A stretch of 64,000 nt of DNA from the IMG/VR virus record IMGVR_UViG_3300023708_001015; one strand, written 5' to 3'. Below are positions 1 through 8,885 of this stretch, one piece after another (the stretch's first letter is position 1; each line of letters begins with the position of its first letter). The translations under genes and the position numbers were made by a program. This DNA is from a virus. The notes under the pieces were generated by a model. The model made no database searches. It worked only from the letters and a program-made list of their open reading frames with translations, and was not told the origin of the DNA.

Positions 1-1004
1 TAGCCACCATTGGTTACAATATCACCATACAAGTATGATGTGTTTTGTAGCCAAGCACCACGATCGTTGTTACGGTGTTCACGAACATCTAATGCAAACT
101 CGCGTACAGTGTAATCACCAGACTCATCCATTGTACGACGAGCAAGCTCCTCACCCAATAGAGAGTAATCTGTTTTTTCTACGATAGTTTTAATGTTACC
201 GTCAACAACACGAATCAATTCGATGAAGTTAGTATCAGTTACAGAATCCACTGACAACTTTGTCAATGTTAGATCCATATAGTAACGATGAGCACCTGGA
301 GCAGCATAGTTGTAGCTGTTCTGTGCGTTATCCAATAGTGTCTCGTCTGATTCTGGAGTTACCAGTGACTCAGTGACAACTAAACCAACACGATATGTTG
401 GTGTGTTAGAGTATTTCTCTAGAACGATAGACTGTTCTTCGACTAAACAGAAATGTTTGTTGATGTAGTAAACACCACGAGCGATAGTAGCTAAAGAACC
501 TTTACCTACAGAAGCAGAAGAAGCTGCTTGGAATGAGTACGCGCCATCTTCAGTAGTGATAACTTCTGAATCAGAGAAAGTTTTAGTAGTGTTGTTAGAA
601 CCAGTTGTAGTGTAACGAACATACAGTGTAGTTGGATCTGTACCTTCAGCATCTTGAATCTTAAAGACTTGTGCTGTTACGCCAGAAGAACCAACAATAG
701 TTTTACCTTGCAGAGCAGTCAGAAATGTTTGAACTGCAACGCCATTATAGATTGGTTGCAGTTTAACATAATCAGAACCTTTGTTCGGTTGTGTCAGTGT
801 CTCTACGCTTGCCTGTCCAGGGATAACCATTGCACCTTGCTTGAAGATGGCATCACCATGTCGAGAAATCTGATTCTGCAGAATGGTCTGCATCTGAGTA
901 AGTTCACGAGCCTGAACAGCAAACGACGGACGATACAAGATACGATAGAACTTCTTGTTCTCGTCGTAGTCATCATTATACGGTTCGGTATTGAAATCAA
1001 TCAT
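1..1004 (-). CDS. Virion/baseplate structural protein, DUF4815-type N-terminus (runs off the window edge; absent from the ORF track)
   Basis: Manual translation from ATG at 1004: MIDFNTEPYNDDYDENKKFYRILYRPSFAVQARELTQMQTILQNQI...PGAHRY...ARRTMDESGDY; frame open to position 1. Confidence 0.8.
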   Translation of the reverse strand, partial: MIDFNTEPYNDDYDENKKFYRILYRPSFAVQARELTQMQTILQNQISRHGDAIFKQGAMVIPGQASVETLTQPNKGSDYVKLQPIYNGVAVQTFLTALQGKTIVGSSGVTAQVFKIQDAEGTDPTTLYVRYTTTGSNNTTKTFSDSEVITTEDGAYSFQAASSASVGKGSLATIARGVYYINKHFCLVEEQSIVLEKYSNTPTYRVGLVVTESLVTPESDETLLDNAQNSYNYAAPGAHRYYMDLTLTKLSVDSVTDTNFIELIRVVDGNIKTIVEKTDYSLLGEELARRTMDESGDYTVREFALDVREHRNNDRGAWLQNTSYLYGDIVTNGG

Positions 1005-1038
1005 TCTTATACTCTTCTTTAATGTTATTCTTTATTTA

Positions 1039-3621
1039 TTAGAATTTGATAACAGTTCTTAGCGTAACTGTTTGGTCAGCGGTCGGTGTGAACGCCTGTT
1101 TATTATCGATAAACAGAATATGACCAGAATATTTATCTGCAGTTGGAGCAGTAACCCCAGAGGCAGTGAACCCTTCTGAACTAGGGTTTAAGAATGTAGC
1201 ACCAACAGTAGGTACTGCATTTTCTAGTGACTGTAAAAGCACAGCAGTTGTAGTAGCAGAAACAATACGGAATTTGCGACCAGTAGATGAACCTAGTGTC
1301 AATTCCATATCTGGCTTGAATTTAGAAGTATCGATAGATCCAGTAACAACGTAACAAGCAGATGCCAATGCACTCTTTAAGTTACCATAAGAAGCAAACT
1401 GACGTGGATTCTTAATGATGCCTAGTTGACGGAAATCGTTATTGACGTTAAATCCTTGGTTGGTATCCTTAGAGATGTTAGTATAGAACATAAGAGTTCT
1501 AGCAAATACACCTGATATTGGATCTTTACCGTGACCACCAAATGGAGCACGAACTGGACGAACCTTAGCGCCGAATCCAGAACCCTGATCAAAAGATGCA
1601 GTAGCCCAGTGATAACCTAGACCATAGCTGTCTACTTGAATCTTCTTGATTGCACCACCCTCAACAATAGCAGTTGCAGCAGCACCAGTACCGTCACCAT
1701 CAATAGTGATCGGGAAATTAGATCCGTAACCATAACCGCCAGAGATAACTGGCCATGCCATAATACGACCATCTGGTGTAAGTAGCTCAGTATTGGCTTG
1801 TAGCGTATTGATATCACCTGGACTCAAGTCTGCTGTAATTTTAGCCTCAGTACCGTCACCAGCAACAGTCAAGTTCGCGTATGTATATCCAACGCCGCCA
1901 TTATCAATCTGGACGCCGATAATTTGACCATTCGAAAGGATAGGAACAAGTTTAGCTTCTGACTTAACGCCAACAAAGTAACCTGTCGCGCCAGCACCAC
2001 CAGAAACTGGTTGAATTTGAATATTTGGTAATGTAGAATAACCAGATCCATATTTTAGCACAACAGTGCCTGTGGCTGGAGATCCAACGTACGTAAGTAT
2101 CGCAGTACCGTTAGCTGCTGCGCCAGATGTATGAGTAGGGGCAACACTGCTAGAAGTACCCGCAGTTGTTACTGTATACAAACGGTTAGAATAGAAAATC
2201 TGAGTTCCTACTGTATATGCAGTAGAAGCAGCCCACTGTCTTCCAAAAACTGCAGTAGGAATAGAAGTATAAGAGTCACCAGAGTCTGAAACGTAGACTT
2301 TAGATACGCCAGTTCCACTCATAACAGCAGAACCAACAAAACCAGAACCGCCACCACCGACTAATGATACTGATGGAGCAGATGTATAACCAGAACCTGC
2401 AGATGTAATATCAACTTCTAAGATACTACCATTTAAAACTACTCCAGTAACAACACCACCAGAAACTGCAACAGATCCAGTTGCGCGTGTACCGATATAT
2501 TTTAGAGAAGCTGTACCATTAGATACGATACCAGACTTATGTGTTGGTGCTGGTGTAGCAGTTACGCCTGTAACTGTAGCTTCATAGATGTTGTTATTAT
2601 ATTCTACACGTTGACCCAATAAGATACCGATGTTGGCAACCCAAGTATTGGCACCAGAGAAAGGAGGATCGATCTGAATAGTTGCACCAGAATTGTATCC
2701 AGTGCCACCTGCAGAAATATTAACGTTCTGTAACAGTAGCGGATCAGACTCACGATATCCGTCGCCTGCAACAGAGATTGAGGCAAATGTATAATTCTTA
2801 CCGTTATTTTCTAGAATAACGTTTAAGATCTCTCCGTTAGAGTAAAACTGTGAACGGATAGAGTTAACGACTGGCATATATGCATCAGTCAAGAATTTGT
2901 TGCGCAGAGCGATTGGAATACTATACATGTATTTCCACATATATCCGTCTGGCATTGTAACTGGATCTACAACAGTACCGATTGGTTTGTATGTAGAAAT
3001 TGCATTGTTATTATTATCAAGACATTTGTAAACGTTGTACTCGTCTGTTATAACAACAGAGTTAATGTCTTCTAAACGCTGCGCGCCAGAGTAAGCAATG
3101 GTAACTTTAGCTTCTGCAGCTGCTCCATCACCACCTCCACCAGAAATAGTAACTGTTGGAACAGAAGTATATCCTCGTCCCTTAGAAACCATTTCGATAG
3201 AAACGATAACACCATCCACGATATATGGCACAGCAACTGCGCCAGAACCGCCACCACCAGTGATTGTGATAGAAGGTGGATCTGAATATCCATAACCACC
3301 TGAGATTAGGTTGATACCTTGAACTTCATCGCTGTACTGATCATCGTACATATCCCAAACCTGATTAGCTACCCAGTCTACACGTGGGATAACGAATGAT
3401 ACGTCTGTGCTCTTGATTTCTTTTAGAGTGATCATTTCGTTACGTGTTTGTAACTCATAATCGAAACTGTCAATTGGGTATGGAGGAGTTGTGTCGTCCA
3501 CCCAACTAACAGTCTTTCCTAAGAAATAGTAGTAACGTGCATTTCGGTTCTGGATCTCATCGTACAACGCCTCTGCAATAGAGTTATGTAGAGGAGACTT
3601 CAGTAAAGAAGATGAGCTCAT
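1039..3621 (-). CDS. gp8: Baseplate wedge subunit gp8-like, enlarged by Gly-rich and CBM5/12-like repeats
   Basis: YYYFLGK, PRVDW...DMYDD, VITDEYNVYKCLDNNN and DGYMWKYMY at the N-terminus; DFRQLGIIKNP and SGHILFIDN at the C-terminus. Confidence 0.8.
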   Translation of the reverse strand: MSSSSLLKSPLHNSIAEALYDEIQNRNARYYYFLGKTVSWVDDTTPPYPIDSFDYELQTRNEMITLKEIKSTDVSFVIPRVDWVANQVWDMYDDQYSDEVQGINLISGGYGYSDPPSITITGGGGSGAVAVPYIVDGVIVSIEMVSKGRGYTSVPTVTISGGGGDGAAAEAKVTIAYSGAQRLEDINSVVITDEYNVYKCLDNNNNAISTYKPIGTVVDPVTMPDGYMWKYMYSIPIALRNKFLTDAYMPVVNSIRSQFYSNGEILNVILENNGKNYTFASISVAGDGYRESDPLLLQNVNISAGGTGYNSGATIQIDPPFSGANTWVANIGILLGQRVEYNNNIYEATVTGVTATPAPTHKSGIVSNGTASLKYIGTRATGSVAVSGGVVTGVVLNGSILEVDITSAGSGYTSAPSVSLVGGGGSGFVGSAVMSGTGVSKVYVSDSGDSYTSIPTAVFGRQWAASTAYTVGTQIFYSNRLYTVTTAGTSSSVAPTHTSGAAANGTAILTYVGSPATGTVVLKYGSGYSTLPNIQIQPVSGGAGATGYFVGVKSEAKLVPILSNGQIIGVQIDNGGVGYTYANLTVAGDGTEAKITADLSPGDINTLQANTELLTPDGRIMAWPVISGGYGYGSNFPITIDGDGTGAAATAIVEGGAIKKIQVDSYGLGYHWATASFDQGSGFGAKVRPVRAPFGGHGKDPISGVFARTLMFYTNISKDTNQGFNVNNDFRQLGIIKNPRQFASYGNLKSALASACYVVTGSIDTSKFKPDMELTLGSSTGRKFRIVSATTTAVLLQSLENAVPTVGATFLNPSSEGFTASGVTAPTADKYSGHILFIDNKQAFTPTADQTVTLRTVIKF

Positions 3622-3637
3622 TGAATTTACCTAAAAA

Positions 3638-4090
3638 TTAGCTTACTGTAACAACCCAAGTGATAGCGATAGAGTCGCCAGCAGCCTTGTTAACAACTGG
3701 GAAAGTTGTACGGCAAAGCATTGTACCGCCAGTATTAGCATTGAAAATACCTGCTTCAGTGATAGCACCAGTACCAGTACCTGCTGGGAAAGTAGCAGTA
3801 GCAGTAACTTGGTTAGCAGAAGATGAGAAAGAAGCCAATGCTACTCGACCAGCTTCAACGCCTAGTGTAGTGTTTGCTACAGCTGGGGTTGCAGTACCTG
3901 TACCAATTGCCATGAAACCCATAACTGTTGGCACAGAAGTGCCCTGCATACGCGCAGCGATATAAGTCTTACCTGTTGTAACAACTAGGTTTTTAACCTT
4001 GTGTGTTTCTTTAACTTTACCAGAAGCGTCCAGAAGTTGAATCTGTACTTCGCCTGTAGCTTTAAGTTCTTCTTGTTGTTGAAATTCCAT
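3638..4090 (-). CDS. Tail-collar/fibre-type structural protein
   Basis: KNLVVTTG, MAIGTG and TFPAGTGTGAITEAGIFNA are typical of tail-collar fibre proteins; baseplate context. Confidence 0.6.
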   Translation of the reverse strand: MEFQQQEELKATGEVQIQLLDASGKVKETHKVKNLVVTTGKTYIAARMQGTSVPTVMGFMAIGTGTATPAVANTTLGVEAGRVALASFSSSANQVTATATFPAGTGTGAITEAGIFNANTGGTMLCRTTFPVVNKAAGDSIAITWVVTVS

Positions 4091-4115
4091 AAAATTCTCC
4101 TATTGAGTAATTGTG

Positions 4116-6338
4116 TTAGCCTGTGAATACGATCGGATTGCCAACATATAATCCACCATCATTTAAGAAGAAGCCAGCTTCTCCATAAGGGTTAATGTCG
4201 ATAACGCCTCCAGAATCAGTAGGCGCAGCATTATCATCTCCACCATAGTATGATGGGTCGATAGTAGTTGTGTAAACAAATGCTGGTGTCGTTCTATTTA
4301 GGTCGGTCGAGCTAGTAGCATCTGTATCAGACATAACTACTTGCTCAGAATCTGCTGTAACACCATCATTAATATAGTGACCAGCAACTAAAGACTTAGT
4401 TACATCGATAATGTCTGCGCCAGTTCTAGTGCCTAATACGTATAATATAGCGTTTTCAGCCATTAACACTGTTTCATCATCATAAACTAGGTCATAGTTA
4501 AGGTGATTATCTAGTGCTTTAAACAATGTTAGATACGGCATCGTTCTTGTAGAATCAGTGCCAGTTGTATCTATCATATACACAGACTCTGCGTCTTGTG
4601 TAGTGCCATCGTTGATATAGTGGTTTAATGTCAGAGACTTAGAAACTGCAAAATATGGCATTGTTCTTGTAGAGTCTTCTACATCTCCACCGTCTGCCAG
4701 AGAAATAGACTGTGACTCAACATCACCATTGTAATTTAGATTAGTTCCATCGATAGGTTTAGACAGTGTTAAGTATGGCATTGTTCTGGTGCTGTCTAAA
4801 GCTAATCCAGTTTCAACCATAGTTACATAGTGACCTTCTACGAAGTCATCGTAATTTGATGTCTGATCATCGAAATACTTGCTAAAATCTAGATATGGCA
4901 TTGTTCTACCTAGATCTAGCTCTTCTCCGATAGTAGTTGTTGTTACTTCATCTTGAACTGTAACTGCTAAAATCTTAACCAAAGATTCTAATGTTTCACT
5001 AATATCAAATTCATTACGAATATCATACTCGCCGAAGATAGCCATACCTGAAGGGTGGATCAAGTTCTTAACGACTGTCTTATATGAGTTCAATGCCTCA
5101 TCGATCTTAATAACATAAGAGAAGGCTTGGTAGTAGCGACTGTCTTGAATAAAGATTGCATCGTCCAAGAAGCCATCATTGTTAACGTAGTAGCCTGGAT
5201 ATTTTGCCAATGGTCCAAGAGTACATTTAAGAATAGCAGGATCGTTACCTGTTGTTGTAGAGTCAACACTAGAGATACCAAACTCTCGTAATACTAGACC
5301 AACGTATGTTCCGTCAAATGCTGGGATTCCAGATTCATCAATGTTATAATCAGAAGTGTTAATCGTACCACTCTCGGCGAAACCATCTAACTTTTCAGAG
5401 ATTGTGAGTTGAGTTACAACGTTACTGCCAACTACTGTGTCAACACGTTGTATAATTGTACCCGCTGTGCCAGAAACGTCTTGTCCCGATTTAGCAGAAA
5501 TTGTTGTAGTGAAGTCAGTTGTGTAACCAACACCATACTTAATAAACTGAGCCTGTGCGATACCACCATTGGAATCTACACGAGCAACCTTCATAATGGA
5601 TCCGTATCCATCGAAGTTTCTAATATTGTATAAGTCGCCAATCTTGAAACCAGTTCCAGGTTTTTGGATCTCTAATGTAGAAGTCGTGGCTAGAATCTCA
5701 CCAGTAAAGTAGATGCCCGCAACGTCATCGCGATATCGCAGTCTATCGCCAACAGAGATGTTACCGAAGAAACGACGATCGATGTAATATTCATAAACGT
5801 TGTCTGCAATTTTAACAACACGGTCTACTTCAACTTCAACATATTGGCGACGATCAACTAGAACACGAATAATCTTGTTTGGTGTAACAACGTCAACTAA
5901 CTTACCGATTGGATCGTTTGGATGGCCAGTAAGAATCTTGATGAATACTGAAACGTCTTGGTTCCATTTACCATCAGAAGCACGAAGCATCTGCTTGGCT
6001 GGATACTCTACAGAAACGTCTTTATTGAATAAAATTCTGAACAATAACTTGTAAGAAGCCTCAGAACCTTTCGCTCCATAATGTTCCTTGATATGTTCCA
6101 TCAAGAATCGAGGTTCTACCGTAGTGTAAGGTAACTTTGATGCTAGTTCATCTTTGAAGTAGCGAATGAAAGAGTCTAGTGTTTTATCCAGATCTCTAAG
6201 ATTACCTAAGTCTTGTTGTGTTGTTTCAAGATAATCATAATACGCTTGTAAGAATGCAACAAACGTACCGTAATCATCTCGAACAAACTCTGGTAACTGA
6301 GACGCTACCAGAGATGATAGCTTTGGTTTAGTAATCAT
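4116..6338 (-). CDS. Baseplate wedge initiator gp7-like with a repetitive acidic C-terminus
   Basis: LVASQLPEFVRDDYGTFVAFLQAYYDYLE, YGAKGSEASYKLLFRILF and IQDSRYYQAFSYVIK...HPSG; lies directly downstream of gp6. Confidence 0.65.
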   Translation of the reverse strand: MITKPKLSSLVASQLPEFVRDDYGTFVAFLQAYYDYLETTQQDLGNLRDLDKTLDSFIRYFKDELASKLPYTTVEPRFLMEHIKEHYGAKGSEASYKLLFRILFNKDVSVEYPAKQMLRASDGKWNQDVSVFIKILTGHPNDPIGKLVDVVTPNKIIRVLVDRRQYVEVEVDRVVKIADNVYEYYIDRRFFGNISVGDRLRYRDDVAGIYFTGEILATTSTLEIQKPGTGFKIGDLYNIRNFDGYGSIMKVARVDSNGGIAQAQFIKYGVGYTTDFTTTISAKSGQDVSGTAGTIIQRVDTVVGSNVVTQLTISEKLDGFAESGTINTSDYNIDESGIPAFDGTYVGLVLREFGISSVDSTTTGNDPAILKCTLGPLAKYPGYYVNNDGFLDDAIFIQDSRYYQAFSYVIKIDEALNSYKTVVKNLIHPSGMAIFGEYDIRNEFDISETLESLVKILAVTVQDEVTTTTIGEELDLGRTMPYLDFSKYFDDQTSNYDDFVEGHYVTMVETGLALDSTRTMPYLTLSKPIDGTNLNYNGDVESQSISLADGGDVEDSTRTMPYFAVSKSLTLNHYINDGTTQDAESVYMIDTTGTDSTRTMPYLTLFKALDNHLNYDLVYDDETVLMAENAILYVLGTRTGADIIDVTKSLVAGHYINDGVTADSEQVVMSDTDATSSTDLNRTTPAFVYTTTIDPSYYGGDDNAAPTDSGGVIDINPYGEAGFFLNDGGLYVGNPIVFTG

Positions 6339-8167
6339 TATGAACGACTAGAAGTGAACTGATAGTTGTATCCACCACGTAGGTCACCAGAAGCTGTTTT
6401 ATCAGCGATAGCGGTAATCTTCAAGTGGTCTGTGGCAATTTCTGCAACTTGAGTAAGAGCAGAAACTACGTCGTTAGATTGTGGAGCGATAGAAATTTCA
6501 AAGTCAACATCTGCCAAAGCAGTGATGTTTAGGTTCTTAATATCAACGATACCATTGGCATAGTCAATAGTACCGATCTGATTGTCTACATAAATCTTAG
6601 CAGCGTTTTGTCCATAACGGAACATACGAACATACTTAGAACCATCATCATCAAGATAGTGGATCTGGTCAGAACCAGCAATATAGAAACCAGTGCTAGA
6701 GAAAGATTCCTCAGCAACACCAGAGTAGTAAATAGGGTTAATAATATTTAACAGATACTGAGCAGACACGTTATAACGTGGTGTCAATTTACGACGAAGC
6801 ATCACAGTTGTGATATTATTTACGATAGAAGGATCTGTCTCATCGATAAGTTTACTTAGCTTAGAGAAACGGAATACACCATCGAATGTTTGAAGGTCGG
6901 AATCGTTATAAGAAATAACTGTCTGAACAAGGGTAGCGATTTCTGAAGCAGTTTTTGTAGTTTCTTGTTCGTTGTAGTACACAGCAATATTCAATGCAAT
7001 ATTGATATACTCTGGATCTACAATCTCTGGGATAACAGAAACAACGTTACGTTTACTCAAAACAGAAGAAGTGATAGCAGCCTTCTGAACAGAAGTTAGC
7101 TTAGTCGCATCTTTTGGTTTGATGCAGATAAATGTCTTACCGTATACTGGAGGATTGTTATCCTCACCACCCCAAACAGAAACAGATTTTGCTTCTGGTA
7201 CGTTAGCGTAAATTAGAGCCTTGTAGTCATCTGGAGTAACTGCACGGTTTTGAGCAGCATAGAACTTTGGAGCATTGAAACGAATACTGTCATTTGATTC
7301 TTTATCTGAACCATTAGAAGCGATACCAGTAGTAATAACGTTAACAGTACCACCACCGAGCAGTGTCGCACCATTATAGCTAAATGTCTTAGCGCCATTT
7401 GCAGCGTCTAAGCTAGAAACGAAATATTCTAGGTGAACTACGTTACCAGAATTTAATGCACGACCAATATTACCATCACCGAATGTGATTTCATAAAGAC
7501 CATCGTCGATTTCTTTAACCCAGAAAGATTTTGATGTAGGTGTCGCATTTACAACTGTGTCTGAATTAGACCATGTTTCGTACAAACTAGAAGTTGGATT
7601 CTCTTGAACCTGCACCTTCAGTGTAGATAAGTCTACGTTAGCATTTGGAATCAGATAACGTGTACCAGAGCCAACAACATACTTATATGTCAATGGCTTA
7701 CCTTCTACAATTTCAACATCAGTGAATGTATAAGCGTTATTGGATTTAGAAGATGTAACAGATCCTGTATTAAAGAAAGTATATTGAGCACCATCTACGT
7801 TTGTAGTGAACTCTGAGAATGCAGGTAGTGTAATCGCAGAAGGAGAATTAGTTCCACCAGAAACAGTTACTGTTACGATAGCTCTTGCACAAGCGGCAGA
7901 ACGTGGAGTGTAACCAAGCATCTTGGCAAGTGACACGACGCTATTGCGTTTACGCGCAGACTCCAAGAACATCTCATTGATAGCCATGTTGTTATACAGA
8001 GCATTATAGTGAGTGTTATAAGCAAGAACGTCTAACAAAACGGACATTGCAGAACCTTCAAAATCATAATCTTGAAACTGCTCTTGTCCCTTTAGGAATT
8101 CTTTTAAGTTAGACTTGATGTTATCGAAGTCTAATTCTGTTACGTTAATTTTCTTATTCGTTGCCAT
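6338..8167 (-). CDS. gp6: Baseplate wedge subunit gp6
   Basis: TELDFDNIKSNLKEFL...DYDFEGSAMSVLLDVLAYNTHY; QNRAVTPDDY; VWGGEDNNPPVYGK. Confidence 0.92.
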   Translation of the reverse strand: MATNKKINVTELDFDNIKSNLKEFLKGQEQFQDYDFEGSAMSVLLDVLAYNTHYNALYNNMAINEMFLESARKRNSVVSLAKMLGYTPRSAACARAIVTVTVSGGTNSPSAITLPAFSEFTTNVDGAQYTFFNTGSVTSSKSNNAYTFTDVEIVEGKPLTYKYVVGSGTRYLIPNANVDLSTLKVQVQENPTSSLYETWSNSDTVVNATPTSKSFWVKEIDDGLYEITFGDGNIGRALNSGNVVHLEYFVSSLDAANGAKTFSYNGATLLGGGTVNVITTGIASNGSDKESNDSIRFNAPKFYAAQNRAVTPDDYKALIYANVPEAKSVSVWGGEDNNPPVYGKTFICIKPKDATKLTSVQKAAITSSVLSKRNVVSVIPEIVDPEYINIALNIAVYYNEQETTKTASEIATLVQTVISYNDSDLQTFDGVFRFSKLSKLIDETDPSIVNNITTVMLRRKLTPRYNVSAQYLLNIINPIYYSGVAEESFSSTGFYIAGSDQIHYLDDDGSKYVRMFRYGQNAAKIYVDNQIGTIDYANGIVDIKNLNITALADVDFEISIAPQSNDVVSALTQVAEIATDHLKITAIADKTASGDLRGGYNYQFTSSRS

Positions 8168-8560
8168 TTATCGTGTTCTCTCTAGCGTTAAGTCAAGAGT
8201 AAGTGGTAGGTTGGTATTTACAATTTTGAACTCAATAGTGACACCAACTGTATATTCATCTGGATTGACAACCACAATTACGTCCATAACCTGAACACGT
8301 GGTTCAAAGTTGTCGATAGTATCCAAGATTCCTCGACGAAGCATAACCTCAAGCATTGGTGTTGATGGTTCGAACAACATCTTCTTGATCGGACTGCCGA
8401 TTTCGCTGTGGAAAGGTCTTTCGTAGTTGCTTGTTAGAATCAGATTTTTCAGACTAGTTTTGATAGCGTTTTCATCAAATCTGCGTGATACGTCACCAGT
8501 CACAGGATGAGCGGTGAAGTTAAAGTCTAAATCTGAGAAGATTCTTGTATTGCGTGCCAT
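8168..8560 (-). CDS. gp25: Baseplate wedge protein gp25
   Basis: FSDLDFNF...AIKTSLKNLILT...ERPFHSEIGS...FEPRV. Confidence 0.92.
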   Translation of the reverse strand: MARNTRIFSDLDFNFTAHPVTGDVSRRFDENAIKTSLKNLILTSNYERPFHSEIGSPIKKMLFEPSTPMLEVMLRRGILDTIDNFEPRVQVMDVIVVVNPDEYTVGVTIEFKIVNTNLPLTLDLTLERTR

Positions 8561-8573
8561 ATTCTTATTTAGG

Positions 8574-8885
8574 TTATTCTATGAAAGTCTTTGCATCTCC
8601 GTCTGCAACTTGATCGCCGTCAGCGACTGGATCATCAACTCTTGCAGCGAGATTACCTTCAAAGTATGTTTTTGAAGCACCAGAAGTTATCTGTCTTAGT
8701 GCGTCTTGATGTAAAGTACCAACTATGTTAGTGTGGTCTTCGAACTGATCACCAACTACACCGATTAGCTTACCACCAACATAACTCTTAGAACATTGAA
8801 TCTTTTTTGTTAGTGGGGTGGGTGGAGCAGTAGGAGTTTCTACAGAACCCTTACTCATCGCACCCTTGTAAGTTACCGCTGTCAT
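8574..8885 (-). CDS. PAAR-like spike-tip protein (gp5.4-like)
   Basis: 103 aa between gp5 and gp25; VGDQFEDH, H...ITSGASKTYFEG..AARVDDP and GDAKTFI. Confidence 0.75.
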   Translation of the reverse strand: MTAVTYKGAMSKGSVETPTAPPTPLTKKIQCSKSYVGGKLIGVVGDQFEDHTNIVGTLHQDALRQITSGASKTYFEGNLAARVDDPVADGDQVADGDAKTFIE

